Assembly: GCF_036321535.1 (NCBI RefSeq)
Contig: NC_087437.1
Span: forward strand, 18,044,001-18,108,000
Source of the DNA: Camelus dromedarius
Taxonomy: Eukaryota
DNA length: 64,000 nucleotides
Direction of reading: 5' to 3'
The position numbers and the translations under genes are program-made. The first letter of the stretch is position 1. The number at the start of each line of letters is the position of its first letter. Positions 26,214 through 40,171 of this stretch are shown piece by piece. Under the pieces are notes generated by a model. It did not search any database, was not told where the DNA came from, and saw nothing but the letters and a program-made list of their open reading frames with translations.

Positions 26214-26639
26214 ACATTTCCTCTCTTTATATTTTTTTTTTGTTTGTTGTTTTGGTTTTTTGGTGGGTTTTTGGGGGTTTTTTTTGTTTTTTGGGTTTTT
26301 TTGGGGGTTTTGGTTTGTTTGTTTTTGTCTGGTGGGTCTAACTGCCTTTCTAATTTTCTGCTGTCTTTCAGGTATCAACATACTCTAATGATTTCCAAAT
26401 GCTTCATCATATAAGGCATTGTACTGAGATCCCTTTTTCCTGAAGACCCCCTACCCCTGGCTGCCCCTGCGATCTGCACCGTCACTGTCCGGTCTCTCTG
26501 CACCGAGCGCTCCGGGACCGCTCCATCGGGCTCTCCCGGGTTGACTCCCCCTCTTCCTGCATCCCGTTAACTTCTGTTTCTTATTCAGGCCTGGTTCTAC
26601 TCAAGAAAATCTTTGGACAGGGAGTTATCTATGTCTTTA

Positions 26640-27300
26640 TATGTATTTAAAAGTCTTCATTTTCTCCTCATATTCAATGAATAGTTTGGCTGAATGTAGA
26701 ATTCTAGGTTGAAAATTAGTTTTCTCTCGCAAATTTGAAGCCACTGCCCCACCGTGTTCTAGGGCGCAGGACCACTGTTGAGCAGTTTGGTGCCCTTCTG
26801 TCTTTCTGGTTCTCATTCCTTTTGCAGATGTCCCTTTTCTTTCTGCTCTGGATGCTTTTAGAATTGTCTTTTATCCCTGGGGCTCTGAAATTTCCTAATA
26901 ATGTACCTCGATGTAAGCCATTTTTAAAATCAGTCTTTGGGGTACTTAGTGGTATTTTAAATGAGTCTCCCTTTTTATCCTTCAGCTCTGGGACATTTTC
27001 TTGTATCTTAAAAACAACTTTCGCACCTCCATTCGCTCTGGGTTCCCTTTCAGCACAACTTTGGATCAAATGTTGGGCCTCCTGGATTAGATCCTCTGTA
27101 TTTCTTGTTTTCAATTTCTCTGACTTTCTTCACGCCTTTCCAAGAAATGCTCTCCATTTTCTCTTCTAACATCTATTACGTTTCTAATTTCCAAGAGCTC
27201 ATTCCTGTTCTCTTAGAGCTCCTTTACTTACGGTCATTTTCCTCTCCTATTTTTGAGGATATCAGTTAGGATACTAATTTGGAGACCACATTGTTTGTGT
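26640..27300 (-). mobile_element. HAL1/old L1 ORF1 remnant
   Basis: ORF 26716-27114(-) carries degenerate ORF1 motifs IQENVPELKD and RTRWGSGFKFAREN. Confidence 0.65.
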
Positions 27301-27899
27301 GGGTCTTTTTTTAAGTTTTAGTTCTATTTTCCAATCCCCTGACTTATCCCTTTTGCTCAAATTTAGTCTTCTTTTTGGATACATTAATTCATTAATTCAA
27401 ATGCCTCTTCATTGTCTTTTCCTGCTTATGTGGCAATTCGAGAATAATTGGAAGCTGGGGGCCACTAGGGCAGGCTTTGCTAATTGGTGGCTCTGATCTG
27501 GGCTAAACAGGCTCGGCTGTTGGAGCAACCACTAGGTATCACCGCAAAGGGCCACCTGCAGAGAAATCTCTCAGCTTCACAAGGGGGTAGACACCTGCTT
27601 GCTGACATTCTAAAATGGTGGGTGATGGCTGACTGAGGTTGACTGGTTTGTGCTCATCTTTGGGGTTAATTCCTTGTCTTTGGTCCCATGCCTCACCACA
27701 CACATGACACCTCCATGTCCCTCTCTGGGGTTCTCAGGGCGACTTGGTTCTCTGCTCAATGCACACTTCAGTGTCTCTTCTCCATTTACCTTCCAGTATC
27801 TTAAAATGTATTGAAATCTCTTAGATTCAGTGGAATCTTAGGAGGAAGCACACATCATTCTCCACTTTAAATCAAAAGGCAGCTTGAATAATTAATGTT

Positions 27900-28370
27900 T
27901 TAAAAACACATAGCAATTGTACAATTCTACTTATATGAAATAGCCAGAAGAGACCAATTATAGAGACAGAAAGCAGATTAGCAGTTTCCAGGAGCTGGGA
28001 AGAGAGCAGAATGGGGGGGGGGGTGACTGCTCAATGAATATAGGGCTTCCTTTTGGGGTGATGGGAAGTTCTGGAACTAGACAGTGGTGACAGTTGCACG
28101 GCACTGTGAATGCACCTAATGCCACTAAATAATACACTTTAAAATTGCTAAAATGGAGGGGGAAGGGTATAGCTCAAGTGGCAGAGCACACACTCAGCAA
28201 CCAATAGGTCATGGGTTCAAACCTCGGTACCTCCTACAAGCAGAAATCAATGAAGAAACCTAATTACCTCCCCCTCATAAAACAAACAATACAAGCCAAA
28301 AATGTGCACTTAAAATTGCTAAAATGGAAATTTTAGGTTACATGTGTTTTATCACAATCAAAAAATACAT
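27900..28370 (+). mobile_element. L1MB-like 3' end interrupted by a SINE
   Basis: attctacttatatgaaatagccag...gttctggaactagacagtggtgacagttgcac...ttttatcacaat. Confidence 0.75.
28158..28309 (+). mobile_element. Vic-1-like SINE
   Basis: ggggaagggtatagctcaagtggcagagc...gggttcaaacc...aaacctaattacctcccc; ttaaaattgctaaaatgga duplicated at 28139-28157 and 28310-28328. Confidence 0.85.
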
Positions 28371-29094
28371 AGTAAAAAAATGTAGTGACCATGAAGAACT
28401 TACAAAAGATTTTCACAGTGTATTCAAACTGTGCTCCCATAGAGCCCTGGCACTCTGTAATCAGTACTAACATGGAAATTGAAAAATAAATACTTGCCTT
28501 CCCCACTCATTTCAGGGAAAATTAATTCATGAGGAGGATATTCTCAATTTTGAATTTTCTTCTCACACATTTTCCTTCAACTTCTGACCCCTGATGCCTC
28601 TTCCCTATCCAGAAACCTGATAAAAGACGTTCTTATTTACTGCAAGATGAGATATATAGAATCATTTCATGTTGAAAATATCAGTATCTCTTACTGTCCC
28701 AAGAACCCAAGTCATCCTTCAATTTCCTCTTTTTCATTTGCTTGGAAATATAATACTCACTTATTAGAAAAGTGAGTAAATAAAATAGCAGCTTTGTATG
28801 AAGAGTCACTGTAAAACTATGAACTACTTCATTAGCTGGGTCAGAAAATGCAAGTAGCATCTTAGCTCCTGAGTAGCCTTGGGCATTTGGAAGAAACAAG
28901 CTCACAGAGCTGGAAATGATACGTCACTGAACAAAGGTGGCCAGATTTCCCTGACCTCGTCAAGCTAGGTATTCTGGGATGAGGAGCCTCTGGCCCTGAT
29001 GAGACGCCAACTCTTCTTTCTGGTGCCTCCTTGGACCATTCTGACCAGTGCTGTCTTTAGGTCATCTTCATACTGGCTTAAAACCAGCTACTGC

Positions 29095-29280
29095 TGCATC
29101 CTAAGTGCTCATGGACTGTCTTTGAATCCTTACAACATTATTATTTCCACTCTACAGATGAGAAAACTGGGGCTAAGAGAGGTTAAGTAACTTGCCCAAA
29201 GCTCTACAGGTAGTAGGTGGCAGAGCCTGAAGGCAAACCCAGGCAGCATGGCTCTGAAGTCGAGTCTTGTAGCCATTCTG
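29095..29280 (-). mobile_element. MIR SINE
   Basis: ctacagatgagaaaactgggctaagagaggttaagtaacttgccc. Confidence 0.8.
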
Positions 29281-30627
29281 TAATATCTTCCCCTTTTGCA
29301 CGTTAGGACTCTCCCAGTTAGGGCCCTCTGGTGGCTTTGCAGTTAACAAATGCTTAGAAAACACAAAACCTCTGGAGGAGTGGTTGTCAGAAGACCTCAA
29401 TTTCCCTTATAACATCATCTTTATGTGCGGTGCCATAGAGATTGTCAAAGGGGGAGGGAGCCCAGGTGCATCTGGGCAGAACTCCAAGGTGGCAGGACCT
29501 CTGGGGGCAGGCAATGGTCTGGTGACCTCCAGGGGGCAGCCCTCCCTGGCCCTGTGAGTGTGGAGCTGTCTGTCTGGACCTGCTTGGTGATAGGACTCGT
29601 GGGGCCAGTAAGGCGCTGGCTACTTCAGGGCACACGTGAAGGGCTGCGCCAGCCAAAGTACAAGCGACAGACTTTTCACCAGTCTGCAGAGAAGGCCAGC
29701 TATGCCTCACACCCACTTCACAAGTAACGGAAGAAAATATTAGAATCTTTCATGAGATTTTTTCCAAAGGTTAAATAGGAATTACTGATAATCTATATTT
29801 AACTTGAATCGAAACATATAAGACAAATAAATCCTTTAATATATGGGTTGCCACTGGCACCCTCCATAGTACACTTGTCACACAGTCACTTGTCACATAT
29901 GGGTTCTCCCAGTTGCCTAAGGGAAGAGAGTGAGGGCCTCACGGGGGTCGGCCGTGCTGTGCTCACTCAGCGGGCTTGTCGGCTGGTGTGTGATGTGTTC
30001 ACATGTGCCAGGTTAAATAGCAGTAAGGACTAGATCCTGGTTACCCCCAGTGCGGTGGCGTGTGAGCCGTGAGAAGTGACCGTGTGAGTGGATGTGTTAC
30101 ACCTTGGACAAGCCCAGTGGCAGCCCGAAGACCAGGTCAAAATTGTAGCAAGCCACTCAGATCTGACGTGACGCTGGCATTAAAAATAAAATTGAAATTA
30201 TGGAAAAAATAAACTATAATAATTTCATACTCAGGATCATGTAAAACCAACCTGACCCCGAGAGTATGTTCCAACTTTAGTTGATACTAATGGTAAAGCT
30301 ATATCATGTTAGCAAAAAAAAATCTGTAATTTCTTCAGTGGTGGTTAAAGTTATGGGAGACATGATATAGTATATTATAAAATTTAATTAAACTTGATAA
30401 ATATTTCAAGTTTTGCTTGAGGTTTCTTAATATATAACTAGAGATTTGAGGGTGCAGGCGCAAATTTTTTTGTGATTGATAGAAAGCTAAATTAAAGTTT
30501 GGAGATCTCAGCTCAACTGGATTAGGTTCTAGATCGTAGAAAGAAATAAAATACCCCCTCTCATCTGATATTGGCCCACTGATGGCCCTTCTGGCCCCTC
30601 CCCCTTCAGTCCTGCCCCTTCTGAGTT

Positions 30628-30685
30628 ACACATACACACACTCACATACACACCAACACACACACACACACACACTCAAACACAT
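30628..30685. repeat. Imperfect (CA)n microsatellite
   Basis: Directly visible. Confidence 0.9.
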
Positions 30686-30859
30686 ACTCCAGGCACTTCT
30701 ATAGCTCCTGTTCCCCAAACACATCCCTCCTTAAATTTGAAACTCCACCCCTTTCTTCACCCTTGACATGTACTTTTATTTCAAGACTAGCTATGCTTCC
30801 AAACTCTTTCAATAAAGGAGTTAGAAATATACTCATCAAAACCTGCTTAAGGTGATGCA

Positions 30860-32630
30860 AAGAGAAAATACAGACTGATCAGTCTATAAATGATGAAACA
30901 CTAATCCTAAATAAAATGTTCGCAAATAGAATATAGTCATTCTTTAAGTGAACAAAGCCATGAAAAAGTAGAATTCATTCATGAATGCAAGGAGGGTTAA
31001 ATGTTAGAAAAATCTTTTCATGTAATTCATTATATTAATAGGTCAAATCAGGGAAAATAGAGTGATCATTTGGATAAATATAAAAGAAGACATTTGTTAA
31101 AATTCGATATGAATTACAGCAGAAAATTCTCAGTAAAATATAAATTGATAGAAACTTGAACTTGATTAATTTGCAGATATTTTTGCATGTGAATATATGC
31201 GAATGTGTGCATATACACATACATGCTGGGGTAAATATGCATACAGAAATACACCCTTCCAAAGCCAGAATTATGCTTCATATCAGAGCACTAGAAGCTT
31301 CCCTTTGGAAAATATAAAATACCACTGTTTTTAGGTTCTATGATTGTATTCGTGGAAAACCCAAGAGAATTAACTGAAAACTATTAGAAACAGTTAGAGA
31401 ATTTAGTAAGGTAAATGACTGCAGAGTTAACATAAAAAGTTGTTTTCCTGTATTCAAATAATAACCAGTTAGAAATATATTAAAATGAAAATACTTCATT
31501 TACTGTTGCAACCCAAATAATCCTTCTACTCCCATCCCCCACAAAAGGAATAAAGTTTGAAGTAATATGTAAAAGGCCAAGATGTGGAAAAAATCTCTAC
31601 TTTCTTCTGAAGAAAAATAACACAAAATATCTTGATAAATGGAAAGGAATGCCTTCCTACTAAATGGGAAGATTAATGAATGAACTTAATTATTCCTAAA
31701 TGGACCTTAACCCTCTGTGTTATCTCAGTCAAAATACTTGCAGCATTTTATTCAGCAAGATCATACTTAAGTTTATATATGAAATTAAATAAACAAGAAC
31801 AGTCAGAACGTCTGTAAAAAGGAAGAGTAACAAGGGGGGAACTAACCCAACCACATATTAAAATATATAATCAAGCTACAGTAATTTAAACTTACATAGG
31901 ATTAGCTAGAAGATTTAATGGAACAGAGTAGAGAATTGAAAAAAAAAAAAAAAAAACAGACCTAATACATGTGGGAGTTTTGTACATGGTAAAAGTAGCA
32001 CTCCAAATCAGCAAGAAAAAAAGATGGATTATTCAATAACCAGTGTTGGGACAACAGGGCAGCCATTTGGGAAAAAGTAAAATCTGATCTCTATTTCACT
32101 CTTTACATTAACTTGAATTCCAGACGGAGCAAAGATTTAAACATTAAAAAGATAAAACCATAAAAGCACTAGAAGGAAATTTTTTGTAGAGGGAAGACTT
32201 TCCTAAGCATGGCACAAACCCCATAAACCATAATGGAAAAGATTGATAAAGCTGACAATACACATTTTAAAGCCTGTAAATTTAGCAATAGCTAATAAAA
32301 TTAAAAACGAGTATACATTTTGACCTAGCAATTACTTTTCTAGGAATTTATCCTCTAGCTGTACTCAAAACATGTGAAAAAGAAAAAGAAAAAAGAGAAA
32401 AAAACAGAAAGAGAACATATGTGTAAGGATGTTCATTGCAAGATTATTTATAATAGCAAATTAACCCCGCAACAACCTAAACATCTATCAACAGGGGACT
32501 AGTTAAATAAAATACAGTACAAGCATAGGATGAACCACACGCAGCCATTAAAAGGAACGTGTACGTCTATAAGTGCTCTAATGGAAAGCAATTCAAGATG
32601 CCATTAATTGAAAAGAAGCAAGATGCAAAT
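30860..32630 (+). mobile_element. Old L1 (L1M/L1ME) ORF2-3' fossil
   Basis: Degenerate ORF2 motifs aatcctaaataaaatgtt, actattagaa..agaatttagtaaggt, ttgacctagcaattac..ctaggaattta; approximate. Confidence 0.75.
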
Positions 32631-34879
32631 CACAAAAGGGGTCATTATATACACACATTATAACATAAGCATTTGTAGTACTTTGTAATTTACAGAAACC
32701 TCATATCCACTGTCCATTCATTGTATCTCCTTTCTCCCCAGACCACAGCCCTTTTCTCTACCAGCTTTTCCCTCTCAGCAGTAGGATGTGTTCCAGAGCA
32801 GCGCTCCACAGCCCTTTTGATGGGATAGCACAGAGAGATGACGGTGTGTGGGTGGAATACTGAGTGAACTAAGTGAGGTTGCTTATGTCATAAGCACCCT
32901 GTGGTGGGGGAGCTCCAGGGTTCCGGTCTGGGGCAGAGGGAGCAGTGACAGCATCTCCACGTATCTGCAGCCATTCCCAGTGGCTCACTGTATAAGAGCA
33001 TTTCCTGGCAGTGGGAGCCTGGGGTTGCAGAGACGGCAGTTGGCCGGGGAGGAAGGAGAAAGTGGGACCACGTTCTGGTCCTCAGGAGAGACATCAGCAG
33101 TGTCCCCTTCCAGGGATCACAGACAGGTTGACACGTGTGGGAGCTTATAGGTTTTGGCTGAAGAGGGTCTACCTCTGTCAACATGGAGCACTGGACAGAC
33201 CAAGGTGGGACTCCGACTGTGCCATTTTCTAGCTGTGTGACCACATCTCTAGGTAAAGTGACTTCATCTGTAAAATCAGGTTAGTAACTATCTTGCGAGA
33301 TTTGGGGGAAGGAAACAGAAGTGTGTTCTCAAACGTGAGATCCTCTTTTATTTTTATAATAATCCTGCCTTCAAGACAGCCCTTACCAGCACGTAGATCA
33401 AATTTCATGGGTGCTGAGAAGGTTCCTTAATCCCTGCAAATCTCCGCACGTGTCCACAAGATCACAGACGCCTCAAACTTCTTTAATCCACAGAAAATTC
33501 TTTTCTCTTTCCCACTCACCCTCTCCCCTCTCCCTGTCCCCTCCCGTCCCCCTCCCCTCCTCCTCCGTCTAATTACAGGGATAGAATATAATATTGCAAA
33601 TGCCGGGGGGTGGGGGCGGGGTTAAGCAACACACAGAGCCCCATTCCCCTAAATGCAAGCAGTCATTCCACAGCACGACAAAAGATGACTTTGCACTGTT
33701 TTCCAGTTTTGCTGGAGCAAAATGTGCCTAATCAGATCTCAGGTTGAACTTAAAACTAAGAAGGCCTTTAGTAGAAAAATTCGGCACAATAGGAGCCGAA
33801 CAGCTCAAGTGCTGGAGAAAAGCTAAATCTCAGGACCTAGAACCCAGCCAATTTTATTCTCACTCCTGTGAGTCAGCAGACTCTCCAGAGCAGCTGTCCT
33901 GCATGTAGTGACCCAGCCATGCAGACTGCCGCCATCTGAGGCTCGGCCAGCTCAATGCCAGGTCTCCACGCTGGCCAGGAAGGGAGGAGAGAGCTCGGAA
34001 AGACACGCAGGTCTCTTCACTGTCTCAGCCTACAAGTGGCCCGTGTCACTTCTCCTAAAGACCATTGGCCAGAACCAGGCACATGGGATAGTTAACTGTT
34101 GGTGGTTAGGGGAGGCAGAAATGCCTGGAATTGCTGAAAGGAGAAGAGAACCAGACAGAACATAGCAGGTGGTACCGGTGAGGGTGCTGACGATGTTCCA
34201 ATTCCAACAGAGGCCAGCTCTGCTGAGTCTCAGCGGGTCCCAGGAGCGCAGCCAGGGCTAGGCTTTGGGGCCAACCTCCTTCAGTAAACCTTTACTTAGT
34301 GCCTGCTCTGTTTTTTTGCTTGTTTGTTTTTCTTTGTTTTAACTGATCCATTTTTAAATTCTTGACCTTCAAAACTAAACTGAAATTTACTGCCATTCCA
34401 CTCTTACATTTCTTAGCGGCAAACAGAAATAAAATTCATGAGCCAAAAACCCCAAACAAAACAAAAAGCAGGGAAAAGCTTGTAAAACTCCATATGGACC
34501 CCAGCATTAACAGCTGAACAGAGTGTGATCTTTACATTCTTGGCAGATGATAACATTGGGTAGAAACTGAACACTTAGAAATTATTATTATCCGAAGGCA
34601 TATAGATGTGAAGGTACACAGCCCTGCCTCTGGGGAGCTCACACTCCAGAAGCAACTTTGAGTCCAAGTGCAAACACTGGCGTCAATGGCAGAGCCCCAA
34701 GCCCGCTTACTGCTGATGCCCCGATGGGGCCACCCTAGAGCTCTGCTGCAGCAGCTGGACGAGAACGGGTTTCATCAATGGGAAAAGCCAGTCTGAGCAG
34801 CTATGCCGCATCGCACAGATCTCATGGCTCAACTGGCTGAAACTTTCATCTGTGTCTGCTGGTGGCTCTCACAGTTTGG

Positions 34880-35040
34880 TCCCTCCGCCAGGCAGCATCA
34901 CCTGGGAACTGATTAGAAACGGAAATTCTCAGGCCTCATCCTAGACCCACAGAATTTAGAAACTAGGGGGTGGGGCCCAACCATATGTGATTTAACCATC
35001 CCTCAAGGTGATTCTGCTGTGTGTCTAAGTTGGAGACCCA
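34880..35040. mobile_element. MER5A hAT-Charlie fossil
   Basis: gcagcatcacctgggaact..agaaacggaaattctcaggcctcatcctagacc...ggtgattctg. Confidence 0.75.
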
Positions 35041-35214
35041 GGAGTATATGAAGTAGAGAACCCACCCAGAACCAGGCTGGAGGCTGGAAGTCAGCTTTTC
35101 ATGCCTGCTCAGAAGACCCCATCGCTGCAGCCTTGGGAGGGCAGGATGTTACAGCGTTATTGGTCCTTGAGGTTTTATCCCCTTTGTATCATTTGAAGAG
35201 ATTTCAAAGAGCCT

Positions 35215-35395
35215 GTCCTGGTGGTTTGCATCGCTGGATGCAGATTAGCGTCATGTGAGAGCTTTTTGAACACCCCTGCGCCCAGGCCCAACCTCAGAGA
35301 TCCTGACCCAGTCTGGGCTCGGGCTCAGGTGTCACAAGTCAAGAAAAGCTTCCCAGGTGACTTGAATGGGCAGCTAGTTTGAGGACCGTGGGTTT
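35215..35395. mobile_element. MER5-family hAT fossil
   Basis: gtggtttgca...cccaacctcagagatcctga...aagcttcccaggtgact...gtttgaggacc. Confidence 0.6.
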
Positions 35396-36925
35396 AAACT
35401 GGAGCTAGATGGGGAAGTGGGGACGGTTAAGTTCCTGGCATATCCCTCCCTGGGTATTGGTTCTTATGCTTTTGAGTAGATAGACTTTCTTGGGAACTAT
35501 ACTTTGGGGCAGAAATGTGGAACCTGTTTAATTCCCACAAAAGGCTCTAAACATTCCTTCCCAGACAACCAGGGTAGAGCCTCACACTAGGATGGTGGAT
35601 AATCTGATCTTCCCTCCACTGGCCCCCAGCTTCCTACTCCCACCATAAAACCCAACATACATGACTGCTTTGCATGGGGCTAGCATTCAGGCTATCTCCT
35701 ATCTGGGGAGGACAAATTTCTTGAAGAAGAGAAGAAACATCGAATTAATATTAATATCAAATCAAACCCCCTCAATGAGAATCACTCTGGTGTGACAGGG
35801 TCCATCACCGGCCCATGCCATCTCCCAATTCAACATATTAATGCTGTGCTGACCTCCCTAACCCTATCTGTGCGATCGTCCAGTTACCATGAATAATAAA
35901 ACAGATGCAGGACCAGTGGAGAGTAAATCCCTTCCTTCACCTGCGACTAGGGTTTGGGCCAAACTCTGCTGTGACCTGTTCTTTCCCAGCAAGATTGGTA
36001 TATTTCAGGTTTTCTACTGGGTCAGAAGCAGAAGCCACCAGACTTTCCAGGGAAACCCAGTTACATCATCAATGGATATTGTCTTGTCCTTCCCCCAACC
36101 CCCCAAAAAAGGATTCAGACCAAACCCCTTGAACGCAGCGAGCTCTCCGCTTGATGACAAAGAGTATTGCCTAACGCTTTCCCCACCAATCAACTGCCTG
36201 AGTAACTATGACACAATTTGCAGCAACCTGACCTCCCTCCTGCCTTCTCTGTTACCCTACTGAAGACTTAGGGATTCCTTAGACAGTACAGCTTGAGAAA
36301 ACTAGGTTTTTCCCTTGTATATCCCAGGGGAAATAACAATCCCCCCTCAGATCTTCCTGTGTGATGGGGTCAGTCATCCAACTTCTCTGCACACCAGTTT
36401 TCTCATCTGTAAAATGGAGAAAGTATTAGGAGCCCAAGTCAGTTTGCCATACAAGTTGTTGCTCAAGAAATAGCTGTTGAATGAAACAAAGGCCTGGGAA
36501 TAAGGGATAAACAACCCCAGCTATAACCCAGAGTCGCAGGGCTCAGTTTTGCACAGCAGCGGGGATGGTGAGACAGTTCACCTAGCCCTTTATTCCAGAC
36601 CACATCTTGGCCAGATGCTTGAGGGAGATGGCTTCTTTTCCTGGTTCTCCCTATTTTTTACAGAGCCTGATGCCAGAGTTCCCCTGGTGCCCAGGAAGCA
36701 AACAGCATTTTTGGTTCTCCTCCCCTAGGCTGGTGTGGCCTTGGACCACAGCTCTCCCTGGCCCTCCGGGGTTACCTCACTCCATGGTGGACTCTCACCT
36801 GCAGTCCAGGCCTCACTCTCTTTCAAGCCTCTCCTCTCTCGGGAACACCTGTGTCCTCCCTTGCCTTTCACTTTTGGGAGTTTTTGGATCCACATCTCTT
36901 GAGACTTCTTGGTAGATACGTTTTT

Positions 36926-37688
36926 GTTTTTTTTTTTAATTGAAGTATAGTCAGTGTACAATGTTGTGTCAATTTCTGGTGTACAGCATGTTTCAGTCAT
37001 ACATAGACATACATATATTCATTTTCATATTCTTTTTAGTTATAGATTACTACAAGATATTGAATATAGTTCCCTTTGCTATACAGAAGAAACCTGTTGT
37101 TTATCTATTTTATATATAGTACTTAGTATCTGCAAATCTTGAACTCCTAATTTATCCCTTCGCACCCTCTTCCCCCATTGGTAACCATGTTTGTTTTCTA
37201 TGTCTGAGTCTGTCTCTGTTTTGTAAATAAGTTCATTTGTGTCTTTTTTTTTTTAGATTCCACATATGAGTGATAGCATATGATGTTTTCTTTCTCTTTC
37301 TGGATTACTTCACTTAGAATCTCCAGGTCCATCCATGTTTTTGCCAATGGCATTATTTTATTATTTTTAATGGCTGAATAGTATTCCATTGTGTATATAT
37401 ACCACATCTTCTTTATCCAGTCATCTGTCAGTGGACATTTATGTTGTTTCCATGTCTTGACTATTGTAAATAGTGCTGCTATGAACATTGGGGTGCATGT
37501 ATCTTTTTGAATTAAGGGTCCCTATGGATATATGCCCAGGAGTGGGATTGCTGGACCATATGTTAAGCCATTTTTAGTCTTTTGAGGAATCTCCATACTG
37601 TTTTCCATAATGGCTGCACCAAACTACATTCCCACCAACAGAGTAGGAGGGTTCCCTTCTCTCCACACCCTCTCCAGCATTTATTGTT
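36926..37688 (-). mobile_element. 5'-truncated camelid-type L1 (ORF2 C-terminus plus 3' UTR)
   Basis: ORF 37198-37488(-) [19 protein letters not shown]...; near-TSD gatac(g/a)ttttt at 36915-36925 and 37689-37699. Confidence 0.9.
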
Positions 37689-37774
37689 GATACATTTTTT
37701 CTTGAGAAAGACTTTGAAGTTAATACTGTGTCTTTAGGAGCCTCTTAGTAGTCAACTGCAATTAGATATCATAA

Positions 37775-37990
37775 TAATAACAGCTAGATTTAACTATTCG
37801 ATGAGCTCTATGTGGATTAACTCATTTACTCCTCACAATAAGTAGGTGAGGCAGGGAGTATTACCACTGTTATACAGATGAGGAAACTGAGGCACTGAGA
37901 TATTACATAACATGCTCAAAGTTAGACAACTAATAAGTCATCAGGCTGGGTTACAAACCCAGGCAATTTGTGATTTTAACCACTGTGCCA
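37775..37990 (-). mobile_element. MIR SINE
   Basis: tatacagatgaggaaactgaggcactgaga core. Confidence 0.8.
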
Positions 37991-39544
37991 AAGTTGCTTC
38001 TTAATTTGCTCCTGCATCTTCTCTGTCTCTGCATAATTTGAACCTTTCATGATGGCAAGGAGTACTATCAACATAATCAAATCAGTTAGGAGCAATGATT
38101 GGTGAATCTAAATGGAATGGGAAGGCTGGAAATGCTCAAATTCCAGCACCTTGTTGTTTTTCAGACTGTCTGGAAATTGGTTCCAGGAACATGTTACAGA
38201 GTGGAAAGACCACAGACTTTGGATTCAGAGAGATCAAGACTGTGTTGTCTCTGTTTATTATGTCCTGGGCAGGTTATTTAAGCCTTTTAGCCTCAGCTTC
38301 CTCATCTTTAAAATGGGGATAATAATAAGTCATTGGCTCTTAGCCCAACAATTGGCATTTTAGTTCTTCTCTGTACTGCCAAAGCAGAAAACCTAAGAAT
38401 GGTCTTTTTTTAGCCTCTGATGCCAGCTAGTTGCAGATTAGTCTCTGCTGATGGGGAGATCCTGGAAGGAGAGTAAAAGCAACAGGAAAAGAGAGTCACT
38501 TTTCTGCTTCTGACTCTGAAAGTGGGAGCAGCAGGACAGCAGTGATTGCTACAGAGGACCCAGAGGGTAATTACGGGTCAGCAATGATGGGAGTGATTAC
38601 TGTAACAGTGAGATGGGATGGTGGTGGGAATGATGGCTACAAGACTTTGGGTGGGATGTCTTTTTGATTTTCTTGGAGACATTACAGAAAGAACATGATG
38701 GCTTAGGGCTTTAATCTGTCAGCTCAAACTGTGGTCACAGACCTCAGCTCAGGTCAAGATCAGGCCATCCTTTAGATGGCACTAAGGGAACCACTTTTCT
38801 TGTTAGCCACAGGTCTGATATCATCCTAAAATTATGTCCCACAGTTTGAAAAGTTATAATGTAATTTGAATTCATGAATTCATCAGATCTTTTACATGAG
38901 CATTTGAGGATTGATTTGAAAGGAGCTGGTGGGACCCTGAAAACTGGAATGGGGTCATTTGGATGGACTCATGCATATTTGAGAAACTCCTGATCTCCCA
39001 CATCTTCTTGCCAGTCCCTCCTCCTCCAACTGAGAAGACTACTCTTCTCTTGCAAGAAGACCTTGTTAATAACCTCACCCAAAGCAGTTGCCTTCCAAGA
39101 GGATGCAGAGTCTTCTCAAGATTTACTCTCTCCACCTTTTATGGCCTTCAGACTCAGATCCAGTATCACACTCCAGCATCAGATTCCAACAATTCTAGGG
39201 ACAAAAATCTTAAAATCTGGCCTTAAAGAATTCAGTTTTATGCATCTAAATAATTGCAAGATTTTGCTCATTTATATTGGCAAAAACCATAAGTAATATA
39301 CATGGAAATGAATTATAAGACTGTTAGACCATAGAAGATAAACAAAATATTGAATTGGGCCAATTGAGGTCTATACCAGAGATGCACACTTGGACTTCCT
39401 GTTTCCTTTTAGGAAGAGGGTAAAAGTATATTGGTGTGTATAAGGGATGGTTGTGTTGTGTTAAACTGAAGTATGAGTTTGTGGATATTGTTGGTGAAAG
39501 TTCAAAAGAGCAGAGAAGTATACACAGATGCTGAGTAGCCAATG

Positions 39545-40171
39545 GGGTGGACTGTTCCAGATATTTACCTTTGACTCTCAGCCCCACACTTGTTCTTCCA
39601 TACTCTTCTATATACTGCCAAGGCTAGAAGCTTGAAAACTACATTTCCCAAACTCCTTTGCCAGCAGACTTCTGCTAAAAGTCTGGCAAAGGGAGGCACT
39701 GGCCAGAGACTGGAAGGCAGATGGAAGAGAGAAGCTGTTTTTCTTCTTCTGGATCTAGCCATGACCACACTGGGACTGTAGCCCACTGCAGGTGGCCACA
39801 GTTTCCTGAAATAGTGAGGAGTGCGACAGCTACACGTTAGCAGAAGCTGCAACAGTAGGTAACTACAGGTCTCTGCAATACTGACAGTGGTTACTACATC
39901 TGAGGCAGCTGCTGTAGGACCCGTGCAGGGAGGGGCATCCAAGCTTTGTGCTCAGCAACAATAGCACTGGTTATACCCATCACAGGGGCACAGGAGTAGG
40001 GCTCTGTCAGCCTCAGCAGTGAGCCCACACCGATGGGCTCTGGGTAGCATCGCCTTCTCCTTTTGTTCCTCCAGACCTTACAACTTTTGTAACCCACTTT
40101 CTGTATTAAATTCCCTCTGTTTGAAATACCTAGGTGGACTTCTGCTTTTCTGGCTGGACACTGACTGACAC
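39545..40171 (+). mobile_element. ERVL-type solo LTR (LTR33/LTR41-like)
   Basis: aaaactacatttcccaaactcctttgccagc; 3' end attaaattccctctgtttgaaatacc...actgactgacaca; start approximate. Confidence 0.65.

Noticed and set aside
26716..27169. Overlapping 132-aa and 144-aa ORFs
   Set aside because: Degenerate L1/HAL1 ORF1 and its antisense reading.
28410..30510. Possible hAT-Charlie fossil fragments
   Set aside because: The termini look Charlie-like, but I could not confirm TIRs, TSD or family by eye.
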